64,000 nucleotides of DNA, from the NCBI GenBank assembly GCA_951406725.2, contig OX597830.1, positions 59,024,001 to 59,088,000 of the forward strand, given 5' to 3'. Each line of letters starts with the position of its first letter. The first letter of the stretch is position 1. The notes beneath the pieces were generated by a model. It saw only the letters and a list, made by a program, of their open reading frames with translations, made no database searches and was not told the DNA's origin. The translations under genes and the position numbers were made by a program. This stretch comes from Octopus vulgaris (Eukaryota). This document shows positions 26,480 to 39,738 of the stretch, piece by piece.

Positions 26480-28420
26480 TCTCATTTTATTCCTTTTTAA
26501 ATTCAGAGTTTTTAATATCATCCATGTTCACAACTCTTCCTGGTTTTCACACTCATTTCATATTGGTGATGTCGTTGCTTTAGAAACCGAATCTTCCGCA
26601 ATCCTTAACCGTTTTTTCAGTTATTTTCATTCCACAAATGCATCCCCAGCTGGCAGGCAAGCACTCCATACATATTTAATCTCTTTCTCATCCTAAAGCC
26701 CAACCTCTATCGAGCCGTTGGCATCTCCGCTCCCAGCTTCATCTCGACAGACTGCAGAATGATATCGATGTGTAGCGACATCCATTGTGCCCTTTCTTTT
26801 CCGGGTTCTGTGGTACGTAAAGTCAGTTAACAGGTCAAATAGTTCCACCAGTTAATGGCAAACTATTTATAAAATCCCGGAAAAAATGGGTATTTATGGC
26901 AGAACATATCCTTCACTTCCGAGTTATCACAAACAGTTGAGTAGATGACTGTGCCCATCCTCTGTGATACATATCTCGACCCCCCCCCCCCAACCCGACC
27001 CTCAGCACTCACAACTGCAAATCTCTCACGTGATCCACTCATTTCTGCGTTGCGGCAGTGTAAGTAAGCACTACGGCCTACATTGCTGGGGGGGGGGGGG
27101 GAGAAAAAAATCACTCGTACAAAGCAGCGCTTTTTACCCCGAGCGCAATGCTTGTAATTCCATTATCCGAAATGCCAGGAATGACTCCGCTCGAATTCTC
27201 CTGTCTCCAAAACTGTTGTCAACCCTATTAGTCTTTTCCAAAAGGATCTCTAGCAACTTTGCGAAATTCCCAAGAAGGACAATCTCGCTGTAGACCTATA
27301 ATTATTCCTTGCAAAAACATGAAAAACAATGCAGACAGAATCGACAAACGCTTTCTCCATCGCACTGAATTCCTTTCTTTTCTTAAAGACAACCTACATG
27401 TCTTCAGTAAAGTCAGCTCGGCTGGAACTACCTAGGCATCTATATAAATGAGTTCTTGTTCCCCAGAAATTTTGCTGAAAACAATGTCGTTATATTTGAC
27501 ATAAGCGAAGCATTCGACAATGTTTGGTGTATGAATCTTTATATTAAACTACCTACCTCACGGCACTTAGATCGCAGGGGTTCTTTCAGAATGCGCAACC
27601 ACGGCGTGAGTTGATACAACTCACTGGCTTACATTCTATCAATTTTGCCGGTCTTCGAGATTCGGCTTTGCTCCCCACTCTTTCCTCCTATGCATTAACA
27701 ACAGTAACCGCCAGTAACACTCACTCCTGTGTAGATGATATCACTCTTCACCCTCACCCCTAATCTTCTGCACCCAGGCGTCATCCACATGCTATCTAGA
27801 CACCTCCCGCCAAACCTACCCGTTCCCCTATGGGCTCATATTATTCTAGTCTCTTTCAACAACACAAAGATACAAACACTACACGTGTCAATAAAATAAT
27901 ATTGTATCCCCCTCACACACACCACACGGACAATTAGAACTCTTAACGTTGCCACAAATGCTAGCTATCATTATCAAGGCTGATCCCTCTTGGCGTTCTC
28001 ACATCCTCACCATAAACAAAGACTACACCACAAAGACTAGTTTTCCTCTTCAAGACAGAAAATACTTCAACTCCTAACAGTTACTTTTCCTATACAAAGC
28101 TGAAACGAGACCCACAAGGGAATAAATATTGCTCCTTCATCTGGAACACTCCTACTACAACACATACAAGACATTCTATATGTTTAAAAGGTCACATGAC
28201 TAGTTTGCATGACGTCACTCACTACCTCCAGCGTCTGGCTTGCAGACGTGTCATTTTTTTCACTCTATTGCGGTGCTCGAAGTTGCTTAGTCTTGGAATA
28301 TCTCTATTCGCTCCGATGCCGCTCAGCTCGTCTCTCCTCCGTATTCTATATAGACTATCCAGGACCCCGCATTAGCAGACCTTTCTTCCCCAAAACTTCA
28401 ATTCCCTGGTATTCCTTCTC
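26480..28420 (+). mobile_element. Highly decayed Jockey/CR1/L2-group LINE
   Basis: Scattered motifs: HVHNSSWFSHS (APE region), FDISEAFDNVW (27495), APTLFLLCIN, HSCVDDITL (YADD-like, 27720), FLFKTENTS, and FFPKTSIPW near the end; many stops and frameshifts. Confidence 0.75.
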
Positions 28421-28724
28421 TATTCATCTTTCTTTCTTTCGTTCTTTTTTTTGCTTGTTTGTTTGTTTGTTTGTTTCTTTCTTTCTTTCTTCCTTGCAGT
28501 TGCCCATGAACACTGACCGCGTCGACCACACCGATCTTAGGAGGACTGCAAACAACATGAGCGCAACACTTCCTGCATATCAAAACCACCTGATTTCCCG
28601 ATCAGTCCCACTAAGCAACACCTTGGATGTCTCCTCTGTAGACCCGGGTTGACCAAAGCCTTGTCAGTGAATTTAGTAGACGGAAACTAAAGGAATCCCA
28701 TCATATATATATATACTCTTTTTT

Positions 28725-28953
28725 TTACTCTTTTACTTGTTTTAGTCATTTGACTGTGGCCATGCTGGAGTACCGCCTTTAGTCGAGCAAATCGATCCCA
28801 GGATTTATTCTTTGTAAGCCTAGTACATATTCAATTTTGCCGAACCGCTAAGTTACGGCGACGTAAACACATCAGCATCGGTTGCCAAGCGATGCTGGGA
28901 GGATAAACACAGGCAAACATATATACACGCATACACACACACACACACACACA

Positions 28954-29013
<60 letters not shown>

Positions 29014-29112
29014 CATATACATATATATGATGGGCTTCTTTCAGTTTTCGTCTACCAAATCCACTCACAAGGCTTTGGTCGGCCCGAAGCTATAGTAGAA
29101 GACATTTGCCCA
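28725..29112 (-). mobile_element. Family-A SINE, 5'-truncated
   Basis: Reverse complement of the 13753-14157 body and tail. Confidence 0.8.
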
Positions 29113-29123
29113 ATGTGAAATAT

Positions 29124-29227
<104 letters not shown>

Positions 29228-29229
29228 TA

Positions 29230-31965
29230 TTATTTATTTAGTTTCAGCTCACAAGCTGTGGCCATGCTGGGGCACCGCCATTTGGTGTTGCTACATGATT
29301 TTACTTCACGAATGCTTTTTAGCAAATGCCATCTGGTGCATGAGAGAGTTCGATGCAGCTGCCCTCATCTGCACCTCCTGCCGTGAAGTTGGTTCATCTG
29401 GGACACCTGACAAGAAGAAATCCAGTTTCATTTTAAAGACATCTGCATCCACCCCATGCAGGTCTCTTAGGTTCTTCGGGGGGATATTGAAGAGCTGAGG
29501 GCCTCGGAAGCCCAGGCTATCACAGTATCTTGTCCTACATCTTGATGGCAAATTTGGAGTCCTTGGCACTATGCAGTGGCGCCCAGTTCTGGCATTTGTG
29601 TAACTCTCGATGCCAAAGTTTGGGACAAGTCCTTCTAGGATCTTCCAGATGTATATTATGGCATATCTTTCTCGCCTACGCTCTAAGGAATAGAGTCTCA
29701 ATCTCTTGAGTCTTTCCCAATAGCTTATATGCTGCACAGAGGCTATCTTCTTCGTGTAGCTTCGTTGGATCGCCTCAAGTTCTGTGATTAACTTGACACT
29801 GGATGGTGACCATAGCTGAGAGCAATAGTCAAAGTGGCTTAGTACAAGTGTCCTCCAGAGGACCATCATGGTTTCCTTGTCTCTTGTTCTAAAGGTTCTA
29901 AGAATCCATCCGGTCAGCCGCCTACATTTCATTGCCAATTTAGCAACATGCACATAAAAGGTTGCATCATCACTCATGTAAATACCCAGGTCTCGCACTG
30001 ATTGTGCCTCTGGGATTGCAATCCCTCCAGGTCCAGTGTATTTATTGGGTATTGCATTTAGTTTTGCATGCTGATAGCATAAAGCTTGAAACTTTTCAGC
30101 ATTGAACTGCATGCTATTCTTTTCAGCCCACTTGTATATTTTGTCCAGCTCACATTGTAGGTGCTTAGTGTCTTCAGGGTGATGTATTGCCTGTGAAACT
30201 TTTGTATCATCTGCATAACTTGTGATCGTGGCTCTCTGCGTGGCTGAGGGCATGTCTGAGAGGGCCATTATGAACAGTAGTGGTCCCAGAACAGTGCCTT
30301 GCGGAACACCGCTCACTATTTGCGTGTTAATAGAAGCTACTACCACCTGATTTCTATCCTTCAGAAAGTCATGAAGCCACTCTCCCAATTTTCCAACTAT
30401 GCCAAGATCACACAGTTTGTGACATAGCATTCCATGATCGACTTTTTCAAAGGCCTTTGCAAAGTCGAGATATATGACTTCCACATTTGAGTGGTTGAGC
30501 AGTCGTTTCAGCACCCAGTCATAGTGTTGTAGGAGCTGAGTTAAGCAGCTTCTTCCTGGTCGGAAACCATGTTGGGTGTCAGGCAGCAAATCATTTTCTT
30601 CAAGGAAGGTGATTAGTTTCCTTCTGACTATTCGTTCCATGACCTTGCTGATGTGTGAGGTCAGAGAGATAGGTCTGTAGTTCTTGGCCTCCGCTCTGCT
30701 ACCTCCTTTATGAATAGGGCATATTTTACCTTCCTTCAGTTTTCTTGGAAGTTTGCCAGTTGCTAGGAAGCTCTGAAAGAGGAACTGCAGTGGTCTTGCT
30801 AGGACTCTCTTACATACTTTTAGAAGGATTGCCGGGAATCCATCGGGGCCAGTAGCTGAGTTTGTTTTCATTTCATCAATAGCCTTTATTACATCGTCTT
30901 CCTTTATATTGATGTAATCAATCATCGCTGCCTCTGATTTTATATCTGCAGTGGTAAAGAAGTCAGTTGGATTGCTGACTTGAAAATGCCCTAGGGGTGG
31001 AGTGAAAATACTCTTGAAAGGCTCATTTAGTATTTCACTTACCCTCATTGGATTTCCTGTGAGTGTGCCATCCTTCTCAAGGAGTGGCCCTATCCTACAG
31101 TGCACCGTAGCTGTTTCTTTGGCATACCTGTAGAAAGCTCTGGGGTTAGATTTTATGTTGTCTATAGCCCAGGCTTCTTTGTCTGCTCTTTCTTTTTCAT
31201 GGGAGAGTTGCAGACATTTTTCAATTTCCAACAGTTTTATTTTCAGGCGGGACTTTTCACTGCTTTCAATTTGTTTGTTTAAGCGATTTGAAACTTTTGT
31301 ACGCCGTCTCATTAGAATTTTCCTCTCTCTGGGGATTTTGCTCTTGTGTACAGTGGCCTTTCTCTCTGGGACACATTTGTAGCATATGGCTTGCATTACA
31401 GACATGAATTGTTGAAGTTTCATGTCGATGTCTGGCGAGGATAGACATTCAGGCCAGTTTTGTTTGAGGATCTCTTTCTCAATTTGTTTCCAGTTTGCCT
31501 TATGGAAGTTGAAGCTGGAAAGATTCTGAGAGTTTCTTGTAGGCTGCATGTCCATGCTTTCCTTTGGCCCGTACATGGTCAGCTCTACCATGTTGTGATT
31601 CGAGAGTAGTGTCGGCGTCACTTTAACATTATGGATGAGATCTATATTATTTGTGAAGCAGAGATCCAGTATGTTACCTGCCCTGGTTGATTGGAGTATT
31701 ACTTGCTCCATGTACAGAGTGTTGATGAGGTTCAGGAGGGACCTCGCCTGTCCTCGTTCACATCGTGTCATTCCTGGGAGAGAAAGGCCCTCGGGCCATC
31801 TGACATTGGGTAGCTTGAAGTCTCCCATAAGAAGTACACTTATGTGTTGTTCTAATGTGACTAGAACTTCTTCTATTTTTATAAGGCAGTCTTCAAACTT
31901 GCCTACATAGCTTGGGGCATCTGGAGGGCGATATGTAGCACACACAACTACACCAAGTTGCAAAC
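29230..31965 (-). mobile_element. 5'-truncated CR1/L2-group LINE (partial APE plus complete RT), open 885-codon frame
   Basis: ORF 29306-31963: APE C-terminal motifs YRPP, GDF(K)LP, NILDLCF, S(N)H; RT motifs NYRPISLTS, QHGFRPGRSC, YLDFAKAFEKVDH, SGVPQGTVLGPLLF, YADD. Short 3'UTR and (TAAA)/(TA)n tail. Likely inactive (truncated, conserved residues substituted). Confidence 0.95.
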
Positions 31966-32397
31966 TTCAGTTGAATTAGGTATTTAAATTGAGGCACCTT
32001 GCCAATTCGCTATAGTCCTCACAGCTCCAAGTTAGGTGAACCGAATATAAATACGTAACAAGGATGTACTGGTGTCAATACATTAAGGCCGTTTCAAGCG
32101 GCTCCATTTAAACCGCTCTCTTCAGAAGCAGATGACCACATAGATTTCAAACATAAGAGACAAACCATTTTTAACAAATTTATATCAATAATAGAAATCA
32201 ATATAGTTACATTGTTTCCTAATGCTATATTTGTGGCAGAATGATGCGACCTTCAGTTAAATTTCATATATCAGCCACGTAAATAAGCGTGAACATTCAC
32301 GGAAATGCACTTGTGCGCATGCGTTAAGTGATAGATGATATAGAAAACTTAGTCTCTATATATTAGATTTTTTAAAATACACTTTTCACAATCCAAA

Positions 32398-32450
<53 letters not shown>

Positions 32451-32599
32451 GCACCACCACCACCACCACCACCACCACCACCACTAGCACAACCACCGCC
32501 TCCATTTTCTAAACTCATTCTGCCAGATATAGCATAAGGAAACAATGTAATTATTTTGGTTTCTGTTATTGATGTAAATTTGTTTAAAATGGTTTTTCC

Positions 32600-33465
32600 T
32601 TTGAGTTTGGAATCTTTATGGTCACATGCATCTAAAGAGAGCGGCTTCTTTCAAATTGATGCAATGTTTTCATTGGTCAATTAAATGGCCTGGCAGTGCT
32701 GTCGAGAAGCATTACCTGTTCGGGATAAGCTCTACAGGCACGGCTCGAGACACACTTGACCGATTTGCTCGAGATGCGGTCAGAGCGACGAAACCGTTCT
32801 GCACGCACTCGTGCAGTGTCCAGCCATTTCGAACCTGTGGGCTTATGCCGAACGGCTGCTGTCACGTGTAGGACGAATCCGCCTGTCGGCCGAGTCTATC
32901 CTATAAATTGCTCCGCCCCCTTCCCTCAACCGTGAATGCAAGGCAGTTTTCATAGTAATGGTGGCCATGGTGAAAGAGTGTGTGTGGTGGACTCGAGCGA
33001 AAGGATTAGAGACAAACACTTACCTCTCTGGCCAATCGCTCATCAACTTTTTCAAGTACCACTTGAAAAGGAAGGTGAGAATGGAGAGGCAGATTTTGTC
33101 TCGAGAAAGTTTCAAAAAAAGGTGGGTGAATGTAGCAAAGATGGTGCGTGCGAGTGACGAAACCACTTCGAGCATGATCCTGTAAATCGTAAAAGTGAAA
33201 GAAAGAGAGCATTTTGCTCTCATGTTTGTATTTTCTCCCTGCCCGAGGTTACCGTGGCCTTTTCTGTAGGCTTTTCTTTCCACGGATAAACCTAATCTTG
33301 TTTCTTACTTTAAAAAAAATTCTTTCTGTGATACACGATCCCTTGTGATCGCCTTTTTTTCCCGATCCCTATTTTTTCCTTTTTCTTTTCCCATCTTCGA
33401 AAAGAAAAGCTCTACATTTGTATTTGTCCCCTCTGTGTTCAGCCCTGTGTGGTCAATAAAGAAAG

Positions 33466-33466
<1 letters not shown>
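32600..33466 (+). mobile_element. Tx1/L1-clade LINE 3' end with 3'UTR, followed by (TATC)n
   Basis: CPRCGQSDETVLHAL-type knuckle region; ORF 32958-33185 VAMVKECVWWTR...FFKYHLKRKVRMERQILSRESFKKRW; tail ...AGCCCTGTGTGGTCAATAAAGAAAGT. Confidence 0.7.
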
Positions 33467-33529
<63 letters not shown>

Positions 33530-33725
33530 GACACACACAAACACACACACATATATTTATATATATATATATATATGGTATATATATATATATATATTGG
33601 CCTGCTCGCTTAGCCAGCGGGGTGGCGTCATTCGAAGGCTAAAAACAATGCGAACGCATTGTGACCAGCGATGTGTAACAACATCTGATGGTCTGGTCGG
33701 TCACGTGATCACGTGATCACGTGAT

Positions 33726-33757
<32 letters not shown>

Positions 33758-33796
33758 GTATACTCCTCTTTCGTCTTGGACTTTCCTGTTTTTCCT

Positions 33797-33831
33797 GTTT
33801 CCGAAGAAGAGCTATGCTCGAAACGTAATAC
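33797..33831 (+). ncRNA. Minimal hammerhead-like motif (CCGA variant) in a Penelope-like repeat
   Basis: GTTT-CCGAAGA-A-GAGC-TAT-GCTC-GAAA-CG-TA-ATAC. Confidence 0.45.
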
Positions 33832-34239
33832 TACAATTTTCTTTCTCTGAGCGTCTTTGTAATACATTGCTTGCGCTTCGTCCAGACGTTCGTTTGTTTT
33901 TGTTTTTCTCTTTTTGTTTTTGTTTTTCTCTTTTTGTTTTTGTTTTTCTCTTTTTGCTTTTCTTTTTCTCTTTTCTCTTTTGAATTGCTTGTGGGGAACT
34001 TACCTTCAAAACCGGTGTAAGTGCATATGTGACCGATTTCATGATAACCATTAAAACACAATCTACAAGCTGCTGGCTTCATGCACATGAAATGTTTTTC
34101 AGTCAAACTGCGATAAATGCCATACAGACAGGAGGCAAACCTTAGTCTTCCAATCAAAATCAGACATAGTCAAGTTATTAATTCCTCAATAACTCAAAAG
34201 TCATTCCGATGCATAGATATGGTTTTGAAAGTAAGCTCT

Positions 34240-34281
<42 letters not shown>

Positions 34282-34324
34282 TCATATGCACATAAATATA
34301 CACATATACATAAAAAGAAATAAA

Positions 34325-34657
34325 GACCCCCTGCGGTCACGAATGACCATGGGATTACACCTAGAAAGTTCTCCTCCGAGGCTCAAATTCGGACAAGGTT
34401 GTTTATGGAAGACCAGTAGTATCCCATGCATACCATCCTACTCTCTTCACACCACTTATGTTGTCCAAAGCAAAGGCAAAGGGCCCGATACAGCTTAGCA
34501 ACAGTGACGTCGCAACGCATTTCTACAGCTGAGTGAACTGAAGTAATGTGAAATAAAGTGTCTTGCTCAAGAAAACAACACACTGACCGGTCCGGGATTC
34601 GAACTCACTACCTCGTGACTGTGAGCTCAGCGTTCTAACCACTGAGCTATGCCTCTT
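34325..34657 (-). mobile_element. tRNA-derived SINE, family C (Meta/MESC-like domain)
   Basis: Minus strand GAGGCATAGCTCAGTGGTTAGAACG (A box) ... GAGTTCGAATCCCGG (B box) ... TTCTTGAGCAAGACACTTTATTTCAC. Confidence 0.75.
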
Positions 34658-35072
34658 AACATATATTTATATATACTTATATATATGAGTATGTGTGTAT
34701 ACACACACAAGCATACACATACATATACGCACACTGACACATACATATATATGCTTCTATACAAACGTACACATGCATATGTCTATGTATACTTGCACAC
34801 ACATACACACACACACACTTACACACGCCCATATATATTTATATGCACACTTAGATGTGTATGTGTGAGTGTGCAAATGTACGAACACGTATCTATTCGC
34901 ACAGTCTATGTATGTGTATGTATTTGTGTGTTTTCATATAAATTAGGAATAAGGTAGTGGCAGTGGTGGTGGTCGTGGTCGTGGTGGAGGAGGAGGAGCG
35001 GAAGAAACGTGGGGAGGAGGCGGAGATGAAGGAAAACCAATCTGTGCCAATGAGTAATTGAGTGCATTCTAG

Positions 35073-35139
<67 letters not shown>

Positions 35140-35439
35140 TGTGTGTGTGTGTAGCGTCAGTTTCTGCACTCTCTGAATGTCCACGTGTGTACGTAGGTAT
35201 GTGCGCCTGCGCTGGGTATAAACTACCCGAGTCCTTAAAGACGTGCGTGGGTGTGAGTGCACATGGGTGTACGAGCAGGTGCGTGTCTCTGCTCACGTGC
35301 CCTCCCCGTTCGATCGCCCCCTACTCCACCCCCTTGATGTCAAGACGGATATTGTGGGTGTTATGAATTTGTGTACTCGTGTGTACCTGTGTTTACGTGA
35401 AAAAGTGCGTGTTTGTGTAATTAAGTTGGTTAGTAAATA

Positions 35440-35499
35440 TGTGTGTGTGCGTGTTTGTATATATATATACACACATATATATATATATATGTATATATA

Positions 35500-35546
<47 letters not shown>

Positions 35547-35566
35547 TTTATGTGTATTTATATATG

Positions 35567-35599
<33 letters not shown>

Positions 35600-35640
35600 G
35601 CATTTATGTGTATTTATATATATATATATATGTATATATA

Positions 35641-35687
<47 letters not shown>

Positions 35688-35707
35688 TTTATGTGTATTT
35701 ATATATG

Positions 35708-35738
<31 letters not shown>

Positions 35739-35779
35739 GCATTTATGTGTATTTATATATATATATATATGTATATATA

Positions 35780-35833
<54 letters not shown>

Positions 35834-35874
35834 TTTATGTGTATTTATATATGTATATATATATATTAATATAC

Positions 35875-35905
<31 letters not shown>

Positions 35906-35910
35906 TATAC
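35440..35910. repeat. (TA)n-based higher-order minisatellite (recurring GCATTTATGTGTATT unit)
   Basis: Direct inspection. Confidence 0.9.
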
Positions 35911-36309
35911 GTCGAATTTCTTTCAGTTTCCATCTACCAAATCCACTCACAAGGGCCTTGGTCGGCCCGAGGCTATACTACAAGACACTTGCCCAAGATG
36001 CCAGGCAGTGGGACTGAACCTGGTACCAAGCTACTTACCTTACAGCCATTCCTGTGCCTATATATATATATAAATTTATAAAGGCGGTCAGGGAGAACTG
36101 TCAAATATATATATATCAAGTTAAAACGATGCAAGATGTATTGTATATGTATATATATATATTGTATATATATATATGCATTTATACATACATATATGTA
36201 CATATCTACACACACACTCACGAATATTTATATATATAAATATATATATATATATATGTATATATATACATACATGCATATATATATACATATATATATA
36301 TACATATAT

Positions 36310-36374
<65 letters not shown>

Positions 36375-36440
36375 GGTCCCGGGTTGATTCGGGGTTAACC
36401 ACAGTAAATAAGGTACTCAATACATAGCAGAGTAAAATTA

Positions 36441-36566
36441 ATTTATTATATAGAAGGAGCTTCTACAGGACTAGAACTGTTTCATTCAAGAGAAATTTTC
36501 AGGAAGCTTCCTGAAGATTTCTCTTGAATGAAACAGTTCTAGTCCTGTAGAAGCTCCTTCTATATA

Positions 36567-36572
<6 letters not shown>
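36441..36572. repeat. 132-bp near-perfect palindrome containing a hammerhead motif
   Basis: Centre AAG|CTT at 36506/36507, one mismatch. Plus arm: GCTTC-CTGAAGA-TTTCTCTTGAAT-GAAA-CAG-TTCTAGTC-CTG-TA-GAAGC. Confidence 0.85.
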
Positions 36573-36630
<58 letters not shown>

Positions 36631-36832
36631 GTATATATATATATACCAACAAGAACTCACCCAACAAGAACTCACTACTTGAACAAAACTGGATACAACT
36701 CACCCAACAAGAACTCACTACTTGAACAAAACTTGACTTAAACAGGATTCGAATAATCCTATCAGGTGGTGCTATTAAGTTAGACATGGCCTGGACCAAT
36801 CTCTGGTCGAAACATATCTAAGTTTTATCTAA

Positions 36833-36890
<58 letters not shown>

Positions 36891-37075
36891 TCGCTATGAT
36901 GGATCGCTAGCCACTACACACATTTTTTTCTCTCCTTGTTTCTTTGTGTTCCTTTCTGTGGAAGAGCGTAGGCTCGAAATGTTAAAGACTTTTTCAATTC
37001 CAGAGCGTAATACTAATACGTCTGTGTTTTCTACACCACCTGTCTTCTTTTGTTTCTTTGTGAATTCTCCCCCTG

Positions 37076-37147
<72 letters not shown>

Positions 37148-37148
37148 A

Positions 37149-37275
<127 letters not shown>

Positions 37276-38280
37276 GGACATAAAAAAAACGTGAACAAAA
37301 TGAGAAACGAGAACATAAAAAACAAAAAACATGGAAAACGAAATCTTTTCCGAACAACGAAAGCACCAAATAGAGAAACGAGATATGCAACATAAAGAAC
37401 ATTCCCTTCATCAGTTGTCCCCTGTTTTATCTACTCCGCATTTCGAACGTAGACACACACACACACATGGATAAATAATAAATTGTTGTATACAGTGCTC
37501 ATATGCACTACATATATACATGTGTTTATATATATGCGTATTTTTGTATTTCTATATCTGCATAAGTCATATCGAATGCAAAGACAGACATACTAAATAA
37601 CGTACTAGATAAATTCTTGTTTTCATTGAAATTATTTTTGCTTTGAGGTAAACAAACATCTGGCGATAACTGCAACTGAATCCGAATTAAACGGGGAGAT
37701 AAGCACAAGAAATCAACAGATCTCCAGTATCAACATGTCGTTAAGGAATAGACAAGATCCGTTTCCCTAGAGACGATAAAACTTCTACGTGTTTCTGCTT
37801 CGATAGGCATCGTTGGCACAGGTATTATTATAACCCGACTATCGATATTGTTTTACATCGCTGGTCACAACGCGCTTCGCAGGCCAACGTTCCTCACCTC
37901 AGATGTTGACGAAAACAAGTTCTTAATGTTTCTTCCCGCCTAAACGTGGATGTTGCTAATGTGTTTACCAAAGATATGAATGGTTGCTTGCTTACTGACG
38001 TCATCAATCCCTGACAAAACTCTGTTGGGTGTTGATTGTTATTTTCACTTCTGAACACAATCATTACTGGTTCAATTCGTAGACATCCTTGCTACACATA
38101 GGCACAGGCGTGGCTGTATGATTAGCAGCTAGCTTCCCAACTACATGTTTCTGGGTTCAGTCCCACTGCATGGCACCTTGGGCAATTGTCTTTGCTATAG
38201 CCTCGGGCTGACCAAACCCTTGTGGATGGATTTGGTAGACAGAAACTAAAAGAAGCTCGTCGTATATATGTATATATATA

Positions 38281-38745
38281 TATATAAGAATTTTTTGCGT
38301 AATAAGATAAAAAAAACAAGGCTGTATAGATATTAGAGCATTTATAGATAGAAGGTCTTACAGCTGTTTCTAGAATATTAATTAATAATTATATCCCTTC
38401 ATCGGAGACGGTGTGAGAGGAAAAACTAAGTCATAGTTACCTTCGATGTGATACAAAATAGAGAGTGAGGTGGAGGAAAGAAAATAGATGTAAGATATGT
38501 ATGGGTATTGAATTTGTAAAACAGTTTTATAGGCATAATGGTATGTATGCAATATTCCAGTATCCTTTGAGCAAAATCCAAAAGTCCAACAGAGTTTAAT
38601 ATGGGTCCTTCCAAATACACAGTTTATAAGCAATGTAAGATTCCTTTATGAGTGAGATTCAGCAGATTTTTAAACTTGGTCATTCCTAGTAGGAATCTAT
38701 ACAACCTTGTTTTTTTTATCTTGTTACGCAAAAGATTCTTATATA
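38281..38745. mobile_element. Penelope-like remnant bounded by ~50-bp inverted repeats, with a minus-strand hammerhead at 38355-38409
   Basis: 38281-38330 is the reverse complement of 38696-38745. Internal minus-strand GTCT-CCGATGA-AGGGATAT...ATATTCTA-GAAA-CAGCTG-TA-AGAC. Confidence 0.6.
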
Positions 38746-38868
38746 CACACGCTGAAGGGAACCAACGTTGAACCCTTTATTCGGAATATTACCGAATCTG
38801 GAACTTAACTATGGTCTGTCTATAACACTTATTCAGCATTACCTGACATCTTTGGGTCTCAATGACAC

Positions 38869-38951
<83 letters not shown>

Positions 38952-39249
38952 CATACATGCATACATACATGCATACATACATGCATACATACATGCATAC
39001 ATACATACATACATACATACATACATACATACATACATACATACATACATACCTATACATACATGCATATATATATATATGTGTGTGTGTGTGAGTGTTT
39101 ATATCTGTGTTTGTCCCCCAGCACCGCTTGAATTTATTCAGATGAATAAATTTGCCGAAAATGGATTTGAAAGTTTGACGGATGTCAAAGGTAGTCGCTT
39201 ATGTATGTATGTATGTATGTATGTATGTATGTATGTATGTATGTATGTA

Positions 39250-39280
<31 letters not shown>

Positions 39281-39303
39281 GTGTGTGTATGTATGTATGT
39301 ATG

Positions 39304-39370
<67 letters not shown>

Positions 39371-39462
39371 GTATGTATGTGTGTGTGTGTATGCATGCAT
39401 GCATGCTTGTATGTATGTATGTGTATGTATGCAGAAGCACTGTGGTGTAGAAAAGGTTCTAC

Positions 39463-39495
<33 letters not shown>

Positions 39496-39738
39496 CGATG
39501 ACGAGGACGACGACGAATAATGACGGTGATTATGTGGAGAAGGAATAAGAGGAAGAAGAGAAAGAGGGGCAGGATGGAAAGAAAGGAGAGGAGAGGAGCA
39601 GAGGGAGGGGAGGGAGAGAAGAAGCAGGTGTGACAACGATATTGATCTTCCTATGACGGTATTTACTGTTTATTGTTAATGGCCTTCTTGGTGTTTTGTT
39701 GCTGTTATTTAATCGTAGGTAATACTGAGTGAGCAGAC

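Noticed and set aside
35243-36427. YI/CV-repeat ORFs of about 200 aa (and similar ones at 4822, 38768, 42223, 51111)
   Set aside because: Stop-free frames through (TA)n/(TG)n/(TATG)n repeats.
36646-36735. Short direct repeats CCAACAAGAACTCAC resembling a CRISPR-like array
   Set aside because: Local tandem duplication with no unique spacers; eukaryotic context, no cas genes.
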